Source: a virus. Taken from it: a stretch of 64,000 bases of DNA. Shown here piece by piece: positions 6,212 through 16,851 of this stretch. The position numbers and the translations under genes are program-made. The notes under the pieces were generated by a model. It worked only from the letters and a program-made list of their open reading frames with translations. It searched no databases and was not told the DNA's origin. Position 1 is the stretch's first letter; every line of letters starts with the position of its first letter. Where the stretch lies: the IMG/VR virus record IMGVR_UViG_3300014720_000003, positions 32,001-96,000 of that record; one strand, given 5' to 3'.

Positions 6212-7013
6212 AAAACGCGGACAATTGAGTTTAGATGAGGAAAAATTTATCACCGATAACATATCCTCATTAAGTATAGATCAAATAGCTTATCAACTTA
6301 ATCGTAATACTGATCCTATCAAAAGATATGTGGACGAAAATCAACTATACAATCTAGAAAACAAAAGTGAAAACGAGATCCTAAAAAGAAAACTCAGAAG
6401 CAAAACATTCTGGAACGAAATTGTTAGACAGTTTGATGAGAATAGTGGCGAATTAGAATACTTTGAGAATACGTGGGTTGGCCTAATTAAACAATTCAAA
6501 GAGGATGTGTTGCCCGCAGAAGAATTACAAATCAAACAATTTATTACTATAGATATTTTGATTAATCGTAGCATGAAAGAGCGTAAGCGTCATATTGCAG
6601 AAACTGAGAAACTACAAAAATTAGTAGATAAAGAATATGAAAAAACTGAAGATCAAAGAGATATTCCACGACTAGCTAATCTTGAAACTCAGCTCAGTTT
6701 TGCTCGTAATAGTATTGCTAGTTACACTAATGAATATACTAAGCTTTTAAATGAACAGCAAAAGATAAGTAAAGATTTAAAAGCCACCCGTGAGCAACGC
6801 ATCAAAAGAATAGAAGACGGTAAGAGTAGTTGGGTCGGTTTGATTCGTATGCTAGAAGACGAATTAATAAGAGAGAAAGAAGGACGAGAAATGGAAATAC
6901 TAGCTATGGCCACAGAAAAGGCTAAACAACAATTATACGATTATCATAGTTATAGTGATAACTCTGTTGATTCACCCATATTATGTCCAGAAACCCATGA
7001 TCACCATGAATAG
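6204..7013 (+). CDS. hypothetical protein, candidate terminase small subunit
   Basis: N-terminal HTH-like segment plus coiled coil, upstream of terL. Confidence 0.45.
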   Translation: MAKKRGQLSLDEEKFITDNISSLSIDQIAYQLNRNTDPIKRYVDENQLYNLENKSENEILKRKLRSKTFWNEIVRQFDENSGELEYFENTWVGLIKQFKEDVLPAEELQIKQFITIDILINRSMKERKRHIAETEKLQKLVDKEYEKTEDQRDIPRLANLETQLSFARNSIASYTNEYTKLLNEQQKISKDLKATREQRIKRIEDGKSSWVGLIRMLEDELIREKEGREMEILAMATEKAKQQLYDYHSYSDNSVDSPILCPETHDHHE

Positions 7014-7278
7014 AAATTACAAAGATCCTCTCTATAAAAAATGGAGACAAATTATTCACACCAGAGATAATAATACATGTCAGTGGCCCCACTGTAATAG
7101 CACAAAGAAAATTCATGCTCACCACATTAATAAATGGGCCGATTTCCCCGGTTTAAGATACCACCCAAACAACGGAATTCTTCTCTGCAAAATTCATCAT
7201 GACCAAATTAAAAATAACGAAGAAAATTATGCTAGTTTTTTCCAGACCATAGTTCTTAACAAACTAAAAAAACAATGA
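7006..7278 (+). CDS. HNH endonuclease (packaging-associated position)
   Basis: RD..TCQ..HC.....HAHHI......NNGILLC..HH. Confidence 0.85.
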   Translation: MNRNYKDPLYKKWRQIIHTRDNNTCQWPHCNSTKKIHAHHINKWADFPGLRYHPNNGILLCKIHHDQIKNNEENYASFFQTIVLNKLKKQ

Positions 7279-7748
7279 CTAAAGATCCTTTTACCATAAT
7301 AATTGATACGCGCGAACAAACTCCGTGGGAATTTGGTTTGCACGTTACTAGTCGTGAGAAACTAGATACTGGTGATTATAGTATCAAAGGATACGAACAT
7401 TTGTTAGCTATAGAACGCAAAAGTAGCGTTAGCGAAATAGCCACAAATATTACAGAAAATAGATTTTCTGATGTTATTCAAAGATTAAGCAGTATTCCTC
7501 ATAGTTTTATTTTGTGTGAGTTTGATATTATGGACATATACAACTACCCTGTGGGTAGTGATATTCCTAAAAAAATGTGGGACAAACTTAAAATAAGTGG
7601 TAATTATATTATGAAAATAATGGTAGAACTACAATTAAATCATAATATTCACATATTATACTGTGGATCTCCATCAACCGCAGAACGAGTCGCAGTAGGC
7701 ATAATGAAACGAATATATGAAAAATATGGAAACAATATCAACATTTGA
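7275..7748 (+). CDS. ERCC4-domain nuclease
   Basis: IIDTREQ...L.TGDY....AIERK signature. Confidence 0.85.
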   Translation: MTKDPFTIIIDTREQTPWEFGLHVTSREKLDTGDYSIKGYEHLLAIERKSSVSEIATNITENRFSDVIQRLSSIPHSFILCEFDIMDIYNYPVGSDIPKKMWDKLKISGNYIMKIMVELQLNHNIHILYCGSPSTAERVAVGIMKRIYEKYGNNINI

Positions 7749-9747
7749 TGATGCGTGGCTAGGTCTTGGTGATCTTGCCTCTTTGCAAATAGCTAAAAAT
7801 CCTATGATAGGACGAAGCAAAGAAGATATAGAAAATCCTGATCTTCATTTGCTGCGTCTTCTTCGAGATCCTAAATATTTTGGATCATCGTGCAAGTTAT
7901 TATTTGGTATAGAGCTTCATCCTATTCAGGTAGCGATATTACAAGAATTTTGGATTCGTCCTTTTCCAATGTTTGTTGCTAGTCGTGGTTTTGGTAAAAG
8001 TTTTCTATTAGCATTGTACTGTATTTTACGCATGGTATTTTGTCCTGGTACTAAAATTGTGATAGTGGGCGCTGCTTTCCGACAAAGTAAAATCATTTTT
8101 GAATATATGGAAACTATATGGCGCAGCAGCCAGATTCTGAGAAACCTATTTAATGGAAACGATGATGGTCCGCGTCGAGATGTTGATAGATGCACTATAA
8201 GATTAGGAGATAGTTGGGCAGTGGCTATTCCTATGGGTGATGGTAGTAAAATTAGAGGCTTAAGAGCGCATATTATCATCGCGGACGAGTTCGCATCAAT
8301 ATCTCCAGATATCTATGAAACCGTTGTTTCAGGGTTCGCTGCTGTGTCGGCTAGTCCTATCCAAAATGTTAAAGAAGAAGCTAAAAAAGCTGCTATGAAA
8401 CAAGCAGGATTATGGAACGATGAGCTAGAAGCTATACAAATTAAAAAAGGTAACCAAGCTATAATATCTGGTACAGCAGATTATAGTTTTAAACATTTTG
8501 CTAGTTATTGGAAACGATATAAACAAATTATCAATAGTCGCGGAGATAAAAAAAAGCTTGAAGAAATTTTTAAAGGAGAAGTGCCAGAAAGCTTTAATTG
8601 GAAAGACTATAGTATAGTTAGAATCCCATATGAACTCATTCCTAAAGGATTTATGGATGATAAGCAAGTTAGTAGAGCTAAAGCCACAATTCATACTGGT
8701 ATTTACAATATGGAATACGCCGCATGTTTTACAGAAGATAGTGATGGATTCTTCAGAAGAAGTCTCATAGAAAGTTGTGTAGTTAATGAAACAAAACCCA
8801 TATCTATTAATGAGCAAAATATTCTTTTCGATGTTAGACTAAAAGGAGATCCAAACCTCAAATACGTCTACGGTGTCGATCCTGCATCAGAAAAAGATAA
8901 TTTTAGTATAGTAGTTTTAGAATTACATCCAACCCATAGTCGCATAATATATACTTGGACTACAAATCGTAATAATTTTAAAGATAGACAACAGACCGGA
9001 TTAATTAATGAGTTTGATTTTTATAGTTTTTGTGCTCGTAAAATACGTAATTTGATGAAAGTTTTTCCGTGTCACAGAATAGGTATGGATGCTCAAGGTG
9101 GGGGCGTAGCGATAGAAGAGGCTTTACACGACCCAGGAAAACTAGAAGATGGAGAAATATTAATTTGGCCCGCTATAGATTTATCTAAACCTAAAGACAC
9201 AGATGATCAAGCCGGATTACATATTCTTGAACTTATACAATTCGCTAGAGCAGACTGGACAGCGCAAGCAAATCATGGCCTACGAAAAGATCTAGAAGAT
9301 AAAGTATTATTATTTCCACGATTTGATCAGGTGAGTTTGGCCCTAGCTCTTGACAGAGAAGGAAAGGATATTATGAAAGAAGGATTGGACAATCTATATG
9401 ACTGCGAAAGTGAATGTATTTTAGAAATAGAAGAATTAAAAAATGAACTCACAACGATAGTGATGAGTCAGACTAGCACCGGACCAAATGCTAGAGATAG
9501 ATGGGATACTCCAGAAGTTAAACTTCCTAATGGGAAAAAGGGTAAATTGAGAAAAGACCGATATAGCGCGCTATTAATAGCAAATATGTTAGCAAGACAA
9601 ATTAGTAGAACTTTAGATATGGTCAATTATGATATTATAGGAAATGATTTACGCTTCATGGAGAAAAAAGAAGGTCAAATGTATAAAGGACCAAATTGGT
9701 TTACAGACGGAGCTAATACTAATATATATACAGGGATTTATCGTTAA
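7717..9747 (+). CDS. terL: terminase large subunit
   Basis: Walker A ASRGFGKS, IRG motif, Walker B IIIADEF, RNase H-like YGVDPA and C-terminal DRYSAL. Confidence 0.92.
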   Translation: MKNMETISTFDDAWLGLGDLASLQIAKNPMIGRSKEDIENPDLHLLRLLRDPKYFGSSCKLLFGIELHPIQVAILQEFWIRPFPMFVASRGFGKSFLLALYCILRMVFCPGTKIVIVGAAFRQSKIIFEYMETIWRSSQILRNLFNGNDDGPRRDVDRCTIRLGDSWAVAIPMGDGSKIRGLRAHIIIADEFASISPDIYETVVSGFAAVSASPIQNVKEEAKKAAMKQAGLWNDELEAIQIKKGNQAIISGTADYSFKHFASYWKRYKQIINSRGDKKKLEEIFKGEVPESFNWKDYSIVRIPYELIPKGFMDDKQVSRAKATIHTGIYNMEYAACFTEDSDGFFRRSLIESCVVNETKPISINEQNILFDVRLKGDPNLKYVYGVDPASEKDNFSIVVLELHPTHSRIIYTWTTNRNNFKDRQQTGLINEFDFYSFCARKIRNLMKVFPCHRIGMDAQGGGVAIEEALHDPGKLEDGEILIWPAIDLSKPKDTDDQAGLHILELIQFARADWTAQANHGLRKDLEDKVLLFPRFDQVSLALALDREGKDIMKEGLDNLYDCESECILEIEELKNELTTIVMSQTSTGPNARDRWDTPEVKLPNGKKGKLRKDRYSALLIANMLARQISRTLDMVNYDIIGNDLRFMEKKEGQMYKGPNWFTDGANTNIYTGIYR

Positions 9748-9795
9748 ACAGTGTAATTAATATTAATCCTATAACAATACTATTGTAATTCTATT

Positions 9796-11988
9796 ATGCC
9801 TAGAAAAAAATATCCTAAAAGCGAAGCAATGGAACAATCTTCCCCAATTATTCCTGATAATGCTTATGTTACATGGTCAGACGATAATTTAGCCGATAAA
9901 AGAGAAGCACTAAGGGAAGCTAGCAAAGGATTAGACGAATTCGGAATAGCTGATAAAGCTACTGCTGCTACCACTAGTAGATTTCGTAGTTTTATCAATC
10001 TAGATGGTAATACCTCTGGTCGTCCAGGATTTAATAGAGCAGATTATGATTATTTCAGACCCGATGAGGCTGTACCGACTAGACTAAAAGAAATTTTTGC
10101 TAATTGTGATGCTGTTTACAATAGAGTTGGCTTAGTAAAAAATGTTATTGATCTTATGGGAGATTTTGCTAGTCAAGGTATTAGATTAGTTCATCCTAAC
10201 AAAAGAATAGAAAGATTTTATCGTAATTGGTTTGATAAAATCAAAGGAGAGGAACGAAGCGAAAGATTTTTAAATAATCTGTATCGCATAGGGAATGTTG
10301 TAATTAATCGTCAAACAGCTAAAATTAGTATTAAAGTTGCTGATGAAATGTATAGAGCTAAAGCTTCTCCAGATTTTATGATTAATAATGATGATGTACA
10401 AATAGAAAAAAGAGAAATTCCTTGGAGATATACATTTATAGATCCTCAATATGTTGATGTTATTGGTGCTTCTTTATCTTCTTTTGTAAGTGATAAGTCA
10501 TATTCAATCACTATGCCAGCAGGATTGCGCAAATTGATCAATGCTCCGAAAGACGATGCTGAAAGAGCAATTATCAATCAGTTACCACCGGCTCTAGTTG
10601 AAGCAGCAAAAAGTAAAAAACCATTCCCATTAGATCCCGAAAAAACATCTGTTTTCCACTATAAGAAAGACGATTGGAAAACTTGGGCATATCCTATGAT
10701 ATATGCTATATTAGATGATATTAATATTGTAGAAAAATTAAAGTTAGCTGACCTTGCTGCTCTGGATGGTGCTATTAGCAATATTCGTATTTTTAAATTA
10801 GGTAGTTTAGAACATAGAATAGCTCCAACTCAAGCTGCTGCTAGTAAACTTAGTAGTATACTACAAAATAATATGGGTGGTGGCACAATGGACCTAGTAT
10901 GGGGTCCAGATATTGAACTACTGGAAAGCAAGACAAGTGTTCATCAATTTTTAGGCGAGGGTAAATATACTCCTCATTTAAATGCTATATATGCTGGGCT
11001 AGGTATTCCACCCACTCTCACAGGAACATATGGTGCCGCTGGAACTACAAACAATTTTATCAGTTTAAAAACCCTAACGCAAAGATTACAATATGGACGC
11101 AAAGTATTAATGAGTTTTTGGAAAAAAGAAATAGCAATCGTACAGAAGGCGATGGGATTCAGATTTCCTGCTAAAATAGAATTTGATAGAATGGACCTGA
11201 GCAATGAAGATGCTGAAAAAGCATTACTAATTCAATTAGCAGATAGAAATATTATTAGTGATGAATTATTACAAAGAATATTTGGTTTTGATCCAGATAT
11301 GGAGAAGAGTAGAATTAATAGAGAAGATAGAGATAGAACTAATAATAGAATGACAGAAAAAGCTGGTCCATATTTTAATCCGCAACTAGAAGATAATCTT
11401 AAAAAGATTGCTTTGCAAACTGGTATAGTCACACCTAGCCAAGTTGGTCTAGAATTATTAAAAAAGAAACCTAGTGAGCAGACCAGTATGGAAATGAAAA
11501 TTCCTAAAATTCCACCTCAAGGTGGTAATACTAATATAGATAGTAAACCAGCAGGAGTTTCTGGTCAGGGTCGTCCTAGGAATAGTAAAGACTCAGAAAA
11601 AAGAAAAACGAAAAAGTTTGCTCCTCAAACAGGGGCATCATTACAACTCTGGGCTATAGAAGCTCAAGATAAAATTTCTGAGATTTTGAATCCTCTTTTA
11701 CTAGAATTCTATCAGAAGAAAAATATGAGAAGTTTATCAAAATCAGAATATGATGAGGCAGAAGATACTAAAACAAAAATTTTTCTATCATTAGATGCGC
11801 TAGAAAATATTCAAACAGATAATATTATAGCAAAACTTAACACTATTAATAATACAGAAACTCTTAATATTAGTAAGGCCTATAAAAACTTGTTAAATAA
11901 TGTTGCGTCACAAATGAATAGGCCCTTAACCACTGATGAATTAAAGTATACAAAAGCATATTTTTATCAAACGGTGTATGATTCTTAA
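9796..11988 (+). CDS. portal protein
   Basis: 730 aa directly after terL; AGLGIP..L.G motif typical of portals. Confidence 0.8.
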   Translation: MPRKKYPKSEAMEQSSPIIPDNAYVTWSDDNLADKREALREASKGLDEFGIADKATAATTSRFRSFINLDGNTSGRPGFNRADYDYFRPDEAVPTRLKEIFANCDAVYNRVGLVKNVIDLMGDFASQGIRLVHPNKRIERFYRNWFDKIKGEERSERFLNNLYRIGNVVINRQTAKISIKVADEMYRAKASPDFMINNDDVQIEKREIPWRYTFIDPQYVDVIGASLSSFVSDKSYSITMPAGLRKLINAPKDDAERAIINQLPPALVEAAKSKKPFPLDPEKTSVFHYKKDDWKTWAYPMIYAILDDINIVEKLKLADLAALDGAISNIRIFKLGSLEHRIAPTQAAASKLSSILQNNMGGGTMDLVWGPDIELLESKTSVHQFLGEGKYTPHLNAIYAGLGIPPTLTGTYGAAGTTNNFISLKTLTQRLQYGRKVLMSFWKKEIAIVQKAMGFRFPAKIEFDRMDLSNEDAEKALLIQLADRNIISDELLQRIFGFDPDMEKSRINREDRDRTNNRMTEKAGPYFNPQLEDNLKKIALQTGIVTPSQVGLELLKKKPSEQTSMEMKIPKIPPQGGNTNIDSKPAGVSGQGRPRNSKDSEKRKTKKFAPQTGASLQLWAIEAQDKISEILNPLLLEFYQKKNMRSLSKSEYDEAEDTKTKIFLSLDALENIQTDNIIAKLNTINNTETLNISKAYKNLLNNVASQMNRPLTTDELKYTKAYFYQTVYDS

Positions 11989-12006
11989 TGCAAAACCCTT
12001 TATTTA

Positions 12007-13491
12007 ATGCGTATTATGAATATATATCAACATGAAATTGATGCGGGTCTATCTGATCAATTATCAGCCAGGGCCTCAATAGTATATGCATCACAAGTAG
12101 AAAAATCAAATTCATCTTGTAATACTAAAATTAAACAAGAAGTAGAAAAAATCATTAAAACATCCGCTGGACTACAAGATAGTGATCTATACTACACTCA
12201 GTCAATTCTTGTAACAACATCATGGAATAAAAATGATGATATTTTTGATCCTAGAGAAGTATGGATGGCTAAGGATACACCAACACATAAACCAACAAAT
12301 TTAGAGCATGACGAAGGCACTATTGTTGGTCATATCACTTCTAACTGGCCCATAGGGGAAGATGGTCAAATTATAGATGAAAATATAGATATAAATAATT
12401 TACCAGAAAAATTTCATATATTAACTGGTTCTGTTATTTATGCTGGATTTACTGAACCATCTCTCAAAGAAAGATCATATAAATTAATATCAGAAATCGA
12501 AAGTGGCGATAAATATGTTAGTATGGAATGTTTTTTTAAGGGCTTTGATTATGGCCTAATAGATAAAAGCACTGGTAAATATTATGTTTTACCAAGAAAT
12601 GCTGAAACCGCATTCTTAACCCAGCATCTTAGAGCATATGGGGGTGTTGGTGAACACCAAAACTATAAACTAGGTAGAGTATTAAGATCTATAACCTTCT
12701 CTGGTAAAGGATTTGTTAGTAGACCAGCAAATCCAGAAAGTATTATTTTTACAGTTGATGACTTAAAATTAGAGAAAGAAAAAGCAGAACTACAAATTAA
12801 TAATCAAAAAAATGACAATTCTTCGAATATAGGTGTATTTTCAATTCAAGCCAATTTAAAGGAGATGACTATGAGTGTTGAAACACAACCCGCAGAAACT
12901 GAAGTAACAGAAAATCCAGTAGCAGAGGCCACAACAGTTGTTGAGGCACCAGTTTCTGATACTCAAATAGTTGCTGAACTAGAAGCTCTAAAAGTACTTC
13001 ATGAAGAAGCAGCTAAAAAGATGGCCGAAGACATGAAAAATAAAGAAGACGAAATGGAAAAAATGAAAGCAGAGATCGTCGCTGCTCAAGAGGTCATTGC
13101 TGCTTATAAAACAAAAGAAGCAGAAATGATGAAAAAGACCAAAAATATGAAACGTATGGCTGCTCTAGTTGAAAAAGGTATTGACTCTGATTTAGCAAGC
13201 GCAACAGTCGATAAATTAGAAAATATTGATGACGAAGCATTTGAGAGCATGACCTCTCTTATTGCTGGTAAAATGCCAGATTGGCTAATGAAGAAAAAAG
13301 AGCAAGATAAACCAAAAGCATCAGAAGTAGCTCCGGAAGAATCAATTCTTGAAACAGCTGAAGCTTCTGAAGATGTGGTTTTAAGTGTTGGTACAGATAT
13401 CAATCTAGTAAATGAAATTCAGAATACAAGAGCAGCTTTAGTTGATTTTGTTTGTAATAGATTAGGCACAAAACTTAATAAGGGAGAGTGA
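12007..13491 (+). CDS. prohead protease fused to scaffold
   Basis: NLEHD...VG, VSMEC and G.V.RPANP herpes/HK97-like protease motifs, followed by an acidic coiled coil. Confidence 0.75.
   Translation: MRIMNIYQHEIDAGLSDQLSARASIVYASQVEKSNSSCNTKIKQEVEKIIKTSAGLQDSDLYYTQSILVTTSWNKNDDIFDPREVWMAKDTPTHKPTNLEHDEGTIVGHITSNWPIGEDGQIIDENIDINNLPEKFHILTGSVIYAGFTEPSLKERSYKLISEIESGDKYVSMECFFKGFDYGLIDKSTGKYYVLPRNAETAFLTQHLRAYGGVGEHQNYKLGRVLRSITFSGKGFVSRPANPESIIFTVDDLKLEKEKAELQINNQKNDNSSNIGVFSIQANLKEMTMSVETQPAETEVTENPVAEATTVVEAPVSDTQIVAELEALKVLHEEAAKKMAEDMKNKEDEMEKMKAEIVAAQEVIAAYKTKEAEMMKKTKNMKRMAALVEKGIDSDLASATVDKLENIDDEAFESMTSLIAGKMPDWLMKKKEQDKPKASEVAPEESILETAEASEDVVLSVGTDINLVNEIQNTRAALVDFVCNRLGTKLNKGE
12871..13491 (+). 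CDS. nested in-frame scaffold protein (internal start)
   Basis: AAGGAG at 12859-12864, 6 nt before an in-frame ATG, at the protease/coiled-coil boundary. Confidence 0.6.
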   Translation: MSVETQPAETEVTENPVAEATTVVEAPVSDTQIVAELEALKVLHEEAAKKMAEDMKNKEDEMEKMKAEIVAAQEVIAAYKTKEAEMMKKTKNMKRMAALVEKGIDSDLASATVDKLENIDDEAFESMTSLIAGKMPDWLMKKKEQDKPKASEVAPEESILETAEASEDVVLSVGTDINLVNEIQNTRAALVDFVCNRLGTKLNKGE

Positions 13492-13493
13492 AC

Positions 13494-13958
13494 ATGGCTT
13501 TAAAATCAGATCGCGTTGAAGCATACACTGATATATCATTTTTTTGCAACGACACCACAGCAGAACGTGGCGGTATTATGGTACACGCTACAGGTGTTGC
13601 CGGTTCGGGCGTTGCTATGGATCATCCTGATGCTGTTGTAACCTATGCTGCTACCGCCTCTGGCAGAGTTCCAGCTGGTTTACTACTAAACGATGTTGTT
13701 AATCTTGATCTAACAAGACAACACATTAACTGGCATAAAGATGAAGTCCAAACAGGTAGTAAAGTAACACTATTACGTCAGGGTCAAGTTACAACCAATA
13801 GTATCGTATCGGGTGTAACAGTCGGTCCTGGTTCTGGTGCTTATGTTGGCGCTAATGGCAACCTAACCACTGTATCAACAAACAGTGTACAAGTAGGTAG
13901 ATTCTTAAGTGCCAAAGATGCAGATGGTTATGCAAAAGTTGACATTAATCTAACATGA
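13494..13958 (+). CDS. capsid decoration/cement protein
   Basis: Small, beta-rich, Gly/Ala-rich ORF between scaffold and MCP; strong RBS. Confidence 0.65.
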   Translation: MALKSDRVEAYTDISFFCNDTTAERGGIMVHATGVAGSGVAMDHPDAVVTYAATASGRVPAGLLLNDVVNLDLTRQHINWHKDEVQTGSKVTLLRQGQVTTNSIVSGVTVGPGSGAYVGANGNLTTVSTNSVQVGRFLSAKDADGYAKVDINLT

Positions 13959-13972
13959 TAAGGGAGAAAAAT

Positions 13973-15001
13973 ATGGCCAATAAAAAGTTTGAACCAACAT
14001 CAGAACTAACTGATCTTCTAGTTCGTTCTGGTTCTTTTCAGAAAGAAGAGGCTTTAGCAGCAAATCATGAATTTGCAAAAGCTCTCGAACTTCCTCTGCG
14101 TCAAGGTGTTCTTAGTGGTAATATCCTAGATAACATTTTTGAGCCAATCCAACTAGCTCAAAGTGCTACTCCAGAATTTCCACTAGATTTCTTAGCTCCT
14201 GGCACAGAAAAAGATTTTGTGGCTTATACCATCCCAAATCATGGTTATATTCCACAAAAGCATGTTGAGGGCGATTATGTCATGGTTCCAACCTATGACA
14301 TTGGTGCTAGTATCGATTATCTTCTAAAGTATGCTCGTGACGCCCGCTGGGACGTTGTTGGTCGTGCTATGGAAGTTCTCGAAGCTCAATTTGTTAAGAA
14401 AATGAATGATGATGGTTGGCACACTCTACTAGCTGCTGGTGTTGATCGTAACATCATAGTTTATGATGCCGATTCTGATCCAGGCGTTTTCAGCAAGAGA
14501 CTAGTTTCTCTAATGAAGACCGTTATGCGTCGTAACGGTGGTGGTAATAGTGCTAGTAATAATCGTGGTATGTTAACAGATCTTTATGTTAGTCCAGAAG
14601 CTATGGAAGACATTCGTAATTGGGGTCTAGATCAAATTGACGAAGTAACTCGTCGTGAGATCTATACTGCTACTGATGGTGCTATCAATCGCGTTTTTGG
14701 TGTTAATCTCCATGATCGTGATGAACTAGGTGAAGGTCAACAGTACCAATTATTCTATAGTAATGTGCTTAGTGGCACACTACCACAGAATGCTGGTGGT
14801 GATAGTAATAATGACAAGGTTGAACTTGTTGTTGGCCTTGATCTTCGTAAGAGAGATAGCTTTATTATGCCAGTTCGTCAAGAAGTACAAATCTTCGAAG
14901 ACGATACACTACATCGTCAAAAACGAGCTGGTTTCTATGGTTGGGCTGAACAAGGTTTTGCTGTTCTCGATAATCGTAGAGTTCTACTTGGCGCTCTCTG
15001 A
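13973..15001 (+). CDS. major capsid protein
   Basis: 342 aa; AAGGGAG RBS; strongly biased codons; followed by a terminator; canonical gene order. Confidence 0.85.
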   Translation: MANKKFEPTSELTDLLVRSGSFQKEEALAANHEFAKALELPLRQGVLSGNILDNIFEPIQLAQSATPEFPLDFLAPGTEKDFVAYTIPNHGYIPQKHVEGDYVMVPTYDIGASIDYLLKYARDARWDVVGRAMEVLEAQFVKKMNDDGWHTLLAAGVDRNIIVYDADSDPGVFSKRLVSLMKTVMRRNGGGNSASNNRGMLTDLYVSPEAMEDIRNWGLDQIDEVTRREIYTATDGAINRVFGVNLHDRDELGEGQQYQLFYSNVLSGTLPQNAGGDSNNDKVELVVGLDLRKRDSFIMPVRQEVQIFEDDTLHRQKRAGFYGWAEQGFAVLDNRRVLLGAL

Positions 15002-15021
15002 TCATTATTAATGTTGTTTCT

Positions 15022-15056
15022 AAAAAAAGGCTGGCCTTGTGCCGGCCTTTTTTTTT
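15022..15056 (+). terminator. intrinsic (bidirectional-type) terminator
   Basis: A7-GGCTGGC-CTTGT-GCCGGCC-T9. Confidence 0.9.
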
Positions 15057-15098
15057 AGGTGTATATACAAGTATCATCTTTTTTAAAAAGGACATTTT

Positions 15099-15623
15099 AT
15101 GGCATGGCAACCAACTCTTACGTTAATTGTTAGAAATCTAATTAATGATGTTAATACTCCGTATGAATTTAGCGATAGTAGAATAGAACAAGTATTAGTA
15201 GTTGCTGGTCAATATGTTCAATTTGATGTTAATTTAGCAATACGTTATGAAATAGATGTTATTAATAAAACATTTACTCCAGATCCAGTAGTTGGTAAAG
15301 ATGATATATTTAATAGTATTGTTTGTTTAAAGGCTGCTTGTATTATTGATCAAGGAACATTTAGAACTAAAGCAGCACTTGAAGGTATTAGTACTAAGTT
15401 GGGTCCAGCAGTACTAAATCTATCTGGCACACTGCAAGGATGGAAATCTATTATAGAGCACGGAGCTTGTGCTCTATATGATCAATTAACAGAACATTGG
15501 GATGTACAAAATGCCACAGCATGGGCAGCTGTACTATCCCCATTTGTCGGTAACAGATTTGATCCTCGATACTTACATAGTGGACCATTCAGAAGTTTAG
15601 GTAATAACGACTTTTATTCATGA
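15099..15623 (+). CDS. head-tail adaptor (putative)
   Basis: Position after MCP; VR.LI.D....Y.FSD pattern seen in adaptor proteins. Confidence 0.6.
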   Translation: MAWQPTLTLIVRNLINDVNTPYEFSDSRIEQVLVVAGQYVQFDVNLAIRYEIDVINKTFTPDPVVGKDDIFNSIVCLKAACIIDQGTFRTKAALEGISTKLGPAVLNLSGTLQGWKSIIEHGACALYDQLTEHWDVQNATAWAAVLSPFVGNRFDPRYLHSGPFRSLGNNDFYS

Positions 15624-15639
15624 TTAGGATCAATTATCG

Positions 15640-16185
15640 ATGGTTGTTAATTTTAACCAACTAAAAGCAATATATAACCAACAAATTAATTTATTGTTGA
15701 GTTCTACTGGTTTAACAACCCAATGTGTTTTTAGTTTTGGAACAACAAAGACCAATATCTGCCCAAATTGTATATATGATCCTAACTTAAAAAAATCAGC
15801 TAATAAATATAAATCTGGAGGTCCAGTACCATTTGCTGTTGGTAGAATATGTCCTTATTGTAATGGTATTGGTTTTTATGGAGACACTAAAACTGAGTGT
15901 GGATATTTAGCAATATTATGGGATTATAAAACCTGGATTAATCCTCCTACTAATATTAGCAATCCAGAAGGATATATTCAAACAATATGTGATAAAACAT
16001 ATCTGAGTACTATACGTAATTGCAAGGATATTACTGTATTATATCACAACAGTAAGTCTAATCCTGTTTTTGAATTACATGAAGAACCAAATCCAGCTGG
16101 TTTAGGAGATAATAATTATTTAATTTGTACATGGAAGAAAGTTGGTGTTAGTGATAGAGTATATGTTTGTCCATCAGTTATATGA
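15640..16185 (+). CDS. head closure/neck protein (putative) with CxxC pairs
   Basis: Gene order; CPNC and CPYC.G.G. Confidence 0.5.
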   Translation: MVVNFNQLKAIYNQQINLLLSSTGLTTQCVFSFGTTKTNICPNCIYDPNLKKSANKYKSGGPVPFAVGRICPYCNGIGFYGDTKTECGYLAILWDYKTWINPPTNISNPEGYIQTICDKTYLSTIRNCKDITVLYHNSKSNPVFELHEEPNPAGLGDNNYLICTWKKVGVSDRVYVCPSVI

Positions 16186-16212
16186 GCAATGTCAAATTAT
16201 TCTTAATAAATT

Positions 16213-16851
16213 ATGAGATACTCTATAAAAATTTTAGAATCTAATCAGGACATTACTAGCGCTATCAATAAGGCTTTACTGTCTCAAGTATCGACTTTTA
16301 TGAATGATGCTTTTAATGAATTAAAACAATATTTACCAAACATTATTACCACAGCTATAACTAGTGCTCCAGAATATAACTCTTTAATTCGAGGTACGCT
16401 TAGATATCATTTAGGTTTAGTTGATGCTGGCTCTAAAATAGATGGATTAATTAATATATGGATAAATAATATAGAATATAATTATAGTCCGCCGTTTATT
16501 AGTAATAATAAAATTAGTAGTAAATTTAGTGCTAATTTAATTAGAGCAGACCTATCCGATGTATTATATTCAGAATATGCTCATATGATTGATACTTATA
16601 GGGGCTATAGTTTACCCTGGTTAGAATGGTTACTATTAGATGGTACTCAAAATTTAGTAAACAACTATGAAATAGTTATTGGTCCTAATAAATATTCTAG
16701 AACGGGGTATGCTATAATGAAACCAGCTTCGGGTAGCTGGTCTGTTCCATCAGAATTTGCTGGTACTATAACAGATAACTGGATAACAAGAGCCATACAA
16801 ACATCAGAAACAGATATTAACAACTTATTAAGAAAGATTTTTTCACTATGA
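16213..16851 (+). CDS. neck/tail completion protein (putative)
   Basis: Gene order. Confidence 0.45.
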   Translation: MRYSIKILESNQDITSAINKALLSQVSTFMNDAFNELKQYLPNIITTAITSAPEYNSLIRGTLRYHLGLVDAGSKIDGLINIWINNIEYNYSPPFISNNKISSKFSANLIRADLSDVLYSEYAHMIDTYRGYSLPWLEWLLLDGTQNLVNNYEIVIGPNKYSRTGYAIMKPASGSWSVPSEFAGTITDNWITRAIQTSETDINNLLRKIFSL

